A program made the translations under genes and the position numbers. Shown piece after piece: positions 1 to 6,652 of a stretch of 10,283 nt of DNA (positions are counted from its first letter, which is position 1; every line of letters starts with the position of its first letter). The notes beneath the pieces are model-generated. The model was not told where the DNA came from, searched no databases, and worked only from the letters and a program-made list of their open reading frames with translations. Origin of the DNA: Candidatus Ratteibacteria bacterium (GTDB lineage Bacteria > Ratteibacteria > UBA8468 > B48-G9 > DTJG01); the NCBI GenBank assembly GCA_049971295.1, contig JBMFLH010000063.1:1-10283 (forward strand), written 5' to 3'.

Positions 1-50
1 TGAAAAAAGAAATTCGTTCTGTTAACGAGATTGAACTGATTTCCTTTTAA
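1..50 (+). CDS. Probable 3' end of an upstream gene (partial, ...KKEIRSVNEIELISF*)
   Basis: The frame starting at base 3 is open to TAA at 48-50, 2 nt before the kinase ATG. This fits the tight packing elsewhere in the window. Too short to identify. Confidence 0.4.
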   Translation, partial: KKEIRSVNEIELISF

Positions 51-52
51 TT

Positions 53-928
53 ATGGCGAGAAACTTTTCAGAGTATTATCTTGCAGAAAAAATAGGGGTT
101 GGCGCATTTGCCACTGTTTATAAGGCATACTCACAGTTGCAAAAACCAACGTATGGAAAGGTTGTTGCTATAAAGATTCTTAATGAGAAGGTATATGGTG
201 CAAGTGAAAGTAAGGTTATCAAACAATTTGAAAGAGAAGCAAATATTGCCATGCAATTAAATCATGAAAATGTTGTAAAGGTTTACAACTGGGGAAAGTT
301 CAATGGAAGATACGCAATGATTATGGAGTATGTCGATGGAAAAAATCTCAATGAATTCATTCATGAACCAGGGAAATATGGGTTTTCAACGCTTGTTGAA
401 ATAGGATACAAAATTGCATGCGGTCTTGTCCATATACATGGACATGGAATCGTACACAAGGATATCAAGCCTGAAAATGTCTTAATCTCAAATGATTTAA
501 AAGTTGTGAAAATCACAGATTTTGGAATAGCAAAGGTACCACGAAGATGGTGGCAACGTGATCTTTTCGAAAGAGCAGGTAGTGAAAGAAGGTTCAGTCA
601 TATTTCTTATGCAGCACCAGAACAAAAAGCCGGGCATTCTGATGCTCGTTCTGACATATTCAGTCTCGGTGTCTTAATTGACGAGTTAATTGTTGTTAAA
701 CTTTCTATCCCTGAAATTCCTGGAAAAAATGACCAGGATTACTTCAGAAGAATTTCCGAAGTGGTGTTCAAATACAGAAAAACCCAGAAATTGCTTTCTG
801 AATATCTTTCGCTTCCAGAAGAATTTAAGGACGTGCTGAAAAGAGCCACACATGACGATCCTTCTATGCGATACCAGACAGCTGAGGAATTTGCTTTCGC
901 ACTTTCAAAATTTATTGAAAAAACATGA
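53..928 (+). CDS. Soluble Hanks-type Ser/Thr protein kinase, 291 aa
   Basis: Glycine loop IGVGAFATVYKA, VAIK, helix C FEREA, MEYVDG, catalytic HKDIKPEN, DFG, YAAPEQ, SDIFSLG and DPSMRY. No TM segment or sensor domain. Confidence 0.95.
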   Translation: MARNFSEYYLAEKIGVGAFATVYKAYSQLQKPTYGKVVAIKILNEKVYGASESKVIKQFEREANIAMQLNHENVVKVYNWGKFNGRYAMIMEYVDGKNLNEFIHEPGKYGFSTLVEIGYKIACGLVHIHGHGIVHKDIKPENVLISNDLKVVKITDFGIAKVPRRWWQRDLFERAGSERRFSHISYAAPEQKAGHSDARSDIFSLGVLIDELIVVKLSIPEIPGKNDQDYFRRISEVVFKYRKTQKLLSEYLSLPEEFKDVLKRATHDDPSMRYQTAEEFAFALSKFIEKT

Positions 929-934
929 AAAATC

Positions 935-1402
935 TCATTCTATGAGAATTGATGCCAGACATGCTATGGCTTGACCCTTGCCAATCTCTCCGATACCTTC
1001 CATGGTTTTTGCTTTAATACCTATTCTGGAAATTTCTATATTGAGAATGGTTGCGATGTTTTTCTTCATTTGACCGTACCATGTTTTCAGCATGGGTCTT
1101 TCAGCAAGTATCACAATATCAATGTTCACAATCTTTGCTTCTCTCGCAGCAAGCAGATTATAATAGTGCTTGAGGATTTCCTCGCTTTTTATTCCCTGTA
1201 TGGACCTGTCTGTATCAGGAAAAACTGTTCCGATATCATCCTCTGATAGAGCTCCTGCTATTGCATCACTGATGGCGTGCAAAATCACGTCACCATCACT
1301 ATGACCTTTTAAGCCAAACTGATAAGGAATTTCTACTCCGGCAAGGATTAATTTTCTCTTCGGTTCCAGTTTGTGTATATCAAAACCTATTCCCGTGCGC
1401 AT
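935..1402 (-). CDS. ispF: 2-C-methyl-D-erythritol 2,4-cyclodiphosphate synthase (MEP pathway), 155 aa
   Basis: MRTGIGFDIH, GHSDGDVILHAISDA, DIGTVFPD and KAKTMEG motifs. The start was moved from 1429 to the ATG at 1402 to match the family N-terminus. Confidence 0.97.
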   Translation of the reverse strand: MRTGIGFDIHKLEPKRKLILAGVEIPYQFGLKGHSDGDVILHAISDAIAGALSEDDIGTVFPDTDRSIQGIKSEEILKHYYNLLAAREAKIVNIDIVILAERPMLKTWYGQMKKNIATILNIEISRIGIKAKTMEGIGEIGKGQAIACLASILIE

Positions 1403-1408
1403 AACGTA

Positions 1409-1436
1409 AATATACCAGAAAATTTTCATTGGTCAA
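1409..1436 (-). promoter_or_regulatory. Sigma70-type promoter for ispF, probably leaderless
   Basis: The minus strand reads TTGACC (1436-1431), 16 nt, TATATT (1414-1409) with a TGn extension, then 6 nt and the ATG. Confidence 0.65.
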
Positions 1437-1465
1437 ATTGAATTTTGGAAATTTCGATTTCGTTA

Positions 1466-1471
1466 TAAAAT
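1466..1471 (+). promoter_or_regulatory. Candidate -10 element for the 1478 cluster
   Basis: TAAAAT lies 6 nt before ATG 1478. There is no Shine-Dalgarno sequence, and only a weak -35 candidate (TTGGAA 1445-1450). Confidence 0.4.
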
Positions 1472-1477
1472 AGTAAA

Positions 1478-2470
1478 ATGGAAAAAAGAGAAGCTTTTCA
1501 ATCTGTCAGCTTGAAATGGAAAGAATTCGACCGATTTGACGAAAACAATTTGATTAATCTGACAAGGTTGGGATATAAAAAAAACTCTGAATTCAGCGTG
1601 CCGAATGGCAGGTGGCAAGTTTTCTGTTTAGAAAAAAAGACAGAGACAGGTATTGGTCCTGAGCAAAACAAAGAAAAAATTATAACGTTTTTTGCAATTT
1701 TCACTTCAGATCTCGGTAAAAAAAAGTTTCCTGTCTCAGGCATGTGTGACAACTTAGATGAAGTAATAACTGCGTTAAAATACCTTTCATATTTTATTTT
1801 TACTGATGGCACAAAAAGGTTTTTATCCAGGAAATTAACCATTGAAAATGCTCAGGACTATGGCTACATTAGGGGACTCATTGCCGGAATAATTTTGATG
1901 TTGATAGACGTCACACCCTGGCACATTGGCAATTTTAGACCACAGGGCGTGCTTTCCACATTTCTTGAGTATACACGAATCGTGTATTATGGAACGCCTG
2001 GTTTTGCTATTGTTGTTGGAATGGCTGCTATTGGGATTTATTTTACTATTCTTTTTATTCTCTTACCGATACTGGCTGGCAATTTTTACCTTTTCAAAGC
2101 AAGGAAAAAGCAGCAAAACCAGATACTTTTGATGCCTGAGTGTCTTATAGATTTTGAATATGGAAAGGATGCAGAATCATTCTTATCCGAACAACTGATT
2201 TCTCGTATTGATAGTTTAAAAAGGGATGAAATTTATAGGAAGGTATCCAGATTGTGGCGGAATTTTAAGAAAGAGGACTGTCTTGAGCTTTACGAAATCT
2301 TCAGGAGCGGATTTTTAACACCTGAGGCACTCTACAATCTACTTAATAAAATTACCAGAGATTGTCCGGAGTTTGATGTTAAACAATTTCTTGAAATTAT
2401 GATAGATGTTATGAAAAGGGATACTGAGGTCGTAATCAAGGTTTCAGACAAAAGTCAGGAGGAAACATGA
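1478..2470 (+). CDS. Hypothetical membrane protein, 330 aa, two central TM helices
   Basis: Long ORF with hydrophobic segments at about aa 130-148 and aa 175-206, followed by KARKK (positive-inside). ATGA overlap with the next gene. No family recognised. Confidence 0.85.
   Translation: MEKREAFQSVSLKWKEFDRFDENNLINLTRLGYKKNSEFSVPNGRWQVFCLEKKTETGIGPEQNKEKIITFFAIFTSDLGKKKFPVSGMCDNLDEVITALKYLSYFIFTDGTKRFLSRKLTIENAQDYGYIRGLIAGIILMLIDVTPWHIGNFRPQGVLSTFLEYTRIVYYGTPGFAIVVGMAAIGIYFTILFILLPILAGNFYLFKARKKQQNQILLMPECLIDFEYGKDAESFLSEQLISRIDSLKRDEIYRKVSRLWRNFKKEDCLELYEIFRSGFLTPEALYNLLNKITRDCPEFDVKQFLEIMIDVMKRDTEVVIKVSDKSQEET
2457..2462 (+). promoter_or_regulatory. Shine-Dalgarno for ORF 2467
   Basis: AGGAGG 4 nt before ATG 2467. 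Confidence 0.7.
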
Positions 2471-3696
2471 ACGGAGTCATTCAGAAGATTTATTCCATAT
2501 TTATTTTAGTTTTTATTTCTACAATTGCGGGTTTAACCCAGGAATATAAGCAGCAATATATCGAATGCGAGATGTTCCCGATTCCTGAATCAACTCATAA
2601 CGGAAGTGGATACACAGCAATCGAAGTGGGAAAAGATGGAAATATCTATGTTGGTACGGCATATTATGGCTCAAGCGCTCATCTGGTCAGATTTAATCCG
2701 CGAACTTCCAGATGGGATGATATTATTGATGCTCACAAGATTACAAGAGAAACTGGAACAGGACTTGATTCTCAAAGCAAATTTCATGCAAAAATTCTGG
2801 TAGATGCAAATGGGATTATATGGGCAGCGACAAAACAGGGAAATGAAAATTTTATTGACAGGCCTGAGTTTGGAGAAAACCCCACAGGATATCCAGGTGG
2901 ACATCTTTTCTCATTTAATCCGAAAACAAATCAGACGATTGACCACGGAATTCTGCGTAAACAAGAAGGCATCATGGGTGGTTCCATTGACAAAAAAAGG
3001 CGAAAATTGTATTACTGGAGCGATCCAAAACAACATTTTCTTATTTATGACATTGAGACGGGTTCAGTGAGAGACCTGGGAACTACAGGAGGATCCCCAA
3101 GGTACACAGCAATAGATTGGAAAGGGAGAGTATTCGGTACAGGGAGGCCTGGTATTATCTGGATGTATGACCCTGAAACCGACAGACTCTATGATCTTTT
3201 TGTCAAACTTGAAGGCCCCGGCCAGTACAAAGACCCTTATGTAATGGTTATCTCGCTTGATGGTAAGAAAATTTTCGCATGTGCGATAGGCGGCGAGTAT
3301 TTAATGGAGTTTGACCTTGCAACAATTTCTTTTGCATCCAAAACCAGTGATACTGATGGTTCAATTATCTGCAGACATGTAGGGAAATCATATCCTGTAA
3401 ATGAAAAGAAGCCTGGCGACCAGCATGCTGGAGTTTTGGGTAAAGATGGGTGTTTTTATTTTCCAAATGTCATTGACAAAACACCGTATTTAATGAAATA
3501 CAACCCTGAAAATAGAAAAGTTGTCTGCCTTGGAATTATCGCAGTAAAAGGAAATCCAGACTGCAAGCCACTTTATGCGCAGGGTGCATGTACCACTGAT
3601 GATGGCACAATTTATATGAAATTTATCTCTGCTGGGGCAGGAAAACAGATGCCTTATTCAATTGTAAGATTTAATAAATTGAGCGCAAAACGATGA
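2467..3696 (+). CDS. Exported beta-propeller-like hypothetical protein, 409 aa
   Basis: Hydrophobic N-terminus. Recurrent blade motifs: GKDGNIYVGT..LVRFNP, DANGIIWAAT..LFSFNPKT, DWKGRVFGT..IWMYDPET, GKDGCFYF..LMKYNPEN, DDGTIYM. Confidence 0.85.
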   Translation: MNGVIQKIYSIFILVFISTIAGLTQEYKQQYIECEMFPIPESTHNGSGYTAIEVGKDGNIYVGTAYYGSSAHLVRFNPRTSRWDDIIDAHKITRETGTGLDSQSKFHAKILVDANGIIWAATKQGNENFIDRPEFGENPTGYPGGHLFSFNPKTNQTIDHGILRKQEGIMGGSIDKKRRKLYYWSDPKQHFLIYDIETGSVRDLGTTGGSPRYTAIDWKGRVFGTGRPGIIWMYDPETDRLYDLFVKLEGPGQYKDPYVMVISLDGKKIFACAIGGEYLMEFDLATISFASKTSDTDGSIICRHVGKSYPVNEKKPGDQHAGVLGKDGCFYFPNVIDKTPYLMKYNPENRKVVCLGIIAVKGNPDCKPLYAQGACTTDDGTIYMKFISAGAGKQMPYSIVRFNKLSAKR

Positions 3697-3710
3697 TAAT
3701 TTAATAAATT
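3669..3710 (+). repeat. 12-bp direct repeat ATTTAATAAATT, two copies 30 bp apart
   Basis: Identical copies at 3669-3680 and 3699-3710 flank the stop codon of ORF 2467. Functional relevance is unknown. Confidence 0.5.
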
Positions 3711-3711
3711 T

Positions 3712-3716
3712 AGGAG
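3712..3716 (+). promoter_or_regulatory. Shine-Dalgarno for ORF 3722
   Basis: AGGAG 5 nt before ATG 3722. Confidence 0.75.
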
Positions 3717-3721
3717 ATAAT

Positions 3722-4687
3722 ATGAAGAGAATATTTTTTATAATTCTGTCTGCACTTTTGCTTGTATTTTCTTTGTCCTTTTGTGAAGGAATAATGAAAT
3801 TTGAACTTGACCTAATCAATATTCCTTTTCCTCCGTACCAGAGAAATGTTACAAAATTGTTTGAAGCGCCAAACGGCTTGACCTATGGAATCATTCCTTC
3901 ATCACTGTTATGTTCAGGCAAAATATTCTATCTTGATAGGGATACCAGAATTCATCAAATCCAACGACTTCCTGACGATGTTCTTCAGGTGGACAGTATC
4001 ATTTTCAATCCCGATATTGCCTGGACATGGGATAAAACATTCAGAAAGATTATTACAATAGACAAATCAGGAACACTGGTGGTCTATGATAAAAATGGAC
4101 CCGGTAAAGAAATCCTGAAAATCGCTGGCACAAGACCATATGAAGTTCAGGGTTTTCAAATTTCGCAGGCATTTGCACAGGACGCAAAGGGTAATTTATT
4201 TACTGCGGGAAAAGACGGTACCATATTTAAGATCAATCCTGAAACACTGCAAATCGAGAAATTACAGACAAGGCTTCCTTCAATAAAAGGAAGAGAACCA
4301 TGGGCAAGTCTTGACGCTGCAGCAACCGGTGACGATGGTACCATTTATCTTGGAACCTATGATGGCTATATTGCAGCGTTTAATCCTGATACAAACGTGA
4401 TTATAAATCTTGGGAAACCATTAAGACAGCAACGTATTCAAGCACTCGTATTTTTTAATGGTATTGTTTTTGGAATTGGTGGAGAATCAGATGGACTTGC
4501 CCGATGGTTCGTCTATGACCCATCAACAAGGAGTTTCCATCTGGGCGGGACATTAAAAAATAGTGAAAATCGATTAATATATGAGCCAGTCAATACAATG
4601 ATTGTCACAAAAAAAGGGGAGATTATTGGTAGTTTTTCTGGTAGATTGGGTTCTCTTTTCGTAATTAAAACAGGAAAAGAAAAATGA
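3722..4687 (+). CDS. Exported beta-propeller-like hypothetical protein, 321 aa
   Basis: Signal peptide MKRIFFIILSALLLVFSLSFC. Blade repeats DAKGNLFTAGKDGTIFKINPET, GDDGTIYLGTYDGYIAAFNPDT and FNGIVFGIGG..WFVYDPST. Confidence 0.85.
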   Translation: MKRIFFIILSALLLVFSLSFCEGIMKFELDLINIPFPPYQRNVTKLFEAPNGLTYGIIPSSLLCSGKIFYLDRDTRIHQIQRLPDDVLQVDSIIFNPDIAWTWDKTFRKIITIDKSGTLVVYDKNGPGKEILKIAGTRPYEVQGFQISQAFAQDAKGNLFTAGKDGTIFKINPETLQIEKLQTRLPSIKGREPWASLDAAATGDDGTIYLGTYDGYIAAFNPDTNVIINLGKPLRQQRIQALVFFNGIVFGIGGESDGLARWFVYDPSTRSFHLGGTLKNSENRLIYEPVNTMIVTKKGEIIGSFSGRLGSLFVIKTGKEK

Positions 4688-6651
4688 AAAGACAGTTGAT
4701 AATTTTAATACCGGCTATTACTATAATCGTGATTACATGCTTTCAGGCAAAAGCTCAGACAATGATTAAGAAAATTCTTATTCATGACTCCTTTGAAGCA
4801 TGGACTGCTGATTTTAATACATGTTTCTGTAATGAAAAACTTACTCTACGAAATTCAGTGCTGTATCAGGATGAAGAGGGACAGACGCATTATTCCAACA
4901 TAGAAAGAATAAATTCTGGAATTCTTGCGAAAAAACAATTTATATTGAAAAACCCTGCATGCACAAAAGCCGAACTTTTTGTTTTTCATGGTGCAGGACT
5001 TAATCTTTTATGTAATGGAGTACCTGTCGCTGAAAACAGGAATCTTCCTTCAACCGGATGGCATGTATGGAATATTCCTGTGAAGCTTCTGAAAACAGGA
5101 TTGAACGAATTTGTATTCAGTGGCAAGGGAACACTATTAATAGAGCCATCTCTTTATCCTAATCGTTCGGCACGTTCATCTGACGGGGGCAAGACATGGC
5201 AATTCGATACCCTTGGAGAAAATAATGGAAATGGAGAGTATGTTGTGCGTCTCAGATTACAACAATACTCTGAAAAAGGTGTCGCAACAAGCGGAATATA
5301 TGACCTTTTATCGGTTGCGGATAAAAGTGCAGTCCACGGAAAATATATTTCTGCAGACCGGGTCCAGGTGAACTGTGTCGCTTCTGTACCCGATGGCACA
5401 TCAATAGAATTGCAATACAGAACAGGGAAAACAAAAATTTACAATCCTGAATTCTGGTCAACATGGAAACCACTTCAAAGGAAAACACATAATCTCTGGA
5501 TAGTTAAAGATATTTTGAACGAAAGATTCTTCCAGATACAGGCGATATTGAGTACTAAAAATTCGTCTGTAGCACCGAGCATTGAAAAATTACAAATTGC
5601 TGCAAACATAAAATACCAGATAGATGGTGAAAATTTCAAAGTTATTTCATTTGACGATCCTCAAGCAATCGTAAGTAGTATTCCCTTCGCCTACCAGGAA
5701 ATGAACTACAGAACACGAGCACTTCGTTCAATGTATAATCTTGATCAGGTGATAAAAGACGGAAAAACGGAATTGGAAAAGTTCGTGATGCTACGAAACT
5801 GGGCAAGGCACACTGCTCCAAAAGGATGGGATTGGGGAACCAGTATGTGGTGTCCTCCATGGGATGCTCTTGTAATACTCGCCACTAATAAACAACCAGC
5901 TGCATTGTGCATGTGTACTCATTACTCAACGATTTTCACTCAATGTGCGATTGCACTTGGTTATACAGCGAGACAGGTTATTCTCGATCACCATTGCGTT
6001 GCAGAAATCTGGAGTAATGAGCTTGGCAGGTGGATACTAATGGACACAGGCAACTCTCAGAATCCGGAAATGAACTGTCATCTCGAGTACAATGGCATTC
6101 CTCTGAATGCCGATGAAATCAGAAATCTCTGGAAACAAAATCGTACAAAGGAAATTAGATTTGTGTATGCAAACGAAGCAGGAATCACAGAAAAAGAAAA
6201 AAATGATTTTGAAAATCAGTATTTTAAAAATTTTAGAAGATTTGCAATTCCATTAAGAAACAATTTTCTCGGCAATCCTGTACCCGGTGAACCAGAACAG
6301 GGGCAAAGTGAGTACTATTGCGACCTGTATCTATGGTGGGAGGACAATTGTGTACCTTTAGAATCGCCTGAATATGGGAAAACAAGCAACAGAGTCAATG
6401 ATTTTTACTGGACTCTAAATCAGACGTTTATTGATCTCATTTCTTCTGAAAATGATACCATTGCTGTCACTCTTTATAATAATGTTCCTCAATTTTCTCA
6501 TTATCTTGTGAGCATTGATGGTGGTGTCTGGAAGAAAACACCAGCACAGTTTGACTGGAAAATACATAGTGGCAGAAATGAAATAGCAGTGAAATCTGTA
6601 AATCTATTTGGTCTTGAATGCCCGATATCCAGAGCCGTAATTGAAAAATAG
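4684..6651 (+). CDS. Exported multidomain transglutaminase-like (Cys-His-Asp) protein, 655 aa
   Basis: Signal peptide ending AKA|Q. Core MCTHYSTIFTQCAIALGYTAR..HHCVAEIWSNELGRWILMD gives the putative triad C411/H437/D454. Asp-box SSDGGKTW (5176-5199). Beta-rich C-terminal module (YLVSIDGG..GRNEIAVKSVNLFG). Confidence 0.85.
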   Translation: MKRQLIILIPAITIIVITCFQAKAQTMIKKILIHDSFEAWTADFNTCFCNEKLTLRNSVLYQDEEGQTHYSNIERINSGILAKKQFILKNPACTKAELFVFHGAGLNLLCNGVPVAENRNLPSTGWHVWNIPVKLLKTGLNEFVFSGKGTLLIEPSLYPNRSARSSDGGKTWQFDTLGENNGNGEYVVRLRLQQYSEKGVATSGIYDLLSVADKSAVHGKYISADRVQVNCVASVPDGTSIELQYRTGKTKIYNPEFWSTWKPLQRKTHNLWIVKDILNERFFQIQAILSTKNSSVAPSIEKLQIAANIKYQIDGENFKVISFDDPQAIVSSIPFAYQEMNYRTRALRSMYNLDQVIKDGKTELEKFVMLRNWARHTAPKGWDWGTSMWCPPWDALVILATNKQPAALCMCTHYSTIFTQCAIALGYTARQVILDHHCVAEIWSNELGRWILMDTGNSQNPEMNCHLEYNGIPLNADEIRNLWKQNRTKEIRFVYANEAGITEKEKNDFENQYFKNFRRFAIPLRNNFLGNPVPGEPEQGQSEYYCDLYLWWEDNCVPLESPEYGKTSNRVNDFYWTLNQTFIDLISSENDTIAVTLYNNVPQFSHYLVSIDGGVWKKTPAQFDWKIHSGRNEIAVKSVNLFGLECPISRAVIEK

Positions 6652-6652
6652 T

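Noticed and set aside
1403..1429. N-terminal extension MKIFWYIYV of ispF from the ORF track
   Set aside because: IspF proteins begin at MRxGxGxDxH, and the extension overlaps the predicted promoter.
1498..1842. 114-aa antisense ORF, and the other 61-97 aa alternative-frame ORFs in the track
   Set aside because: They lie within or largely overlap longer, well-supported CDSs and have no motifs or RBS; these are shadow ORFs.
3722..3784. Possible lipoprotein signal (LSFC) in the 321-aa protein
   Set aside because: Phe at -1 does not fit the [LVI][ASTVI][GAS]C lipobox; an ordinary signal peptide is more likely.
4214..4348. Similar DNA segments gacggtaccatattt and gatggtaccatttat
   Set aside because: They encode DGTIF and DGTIY in adjacent propeller blades, so this is a protein-level repeat and not a DNA element.
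5176..5199. Sialidase call from the Asp-box SSDGGKTW
   Set aside because: There is only one clear copy and no other sialidase motifs; Asp-boxes occur in many folds.
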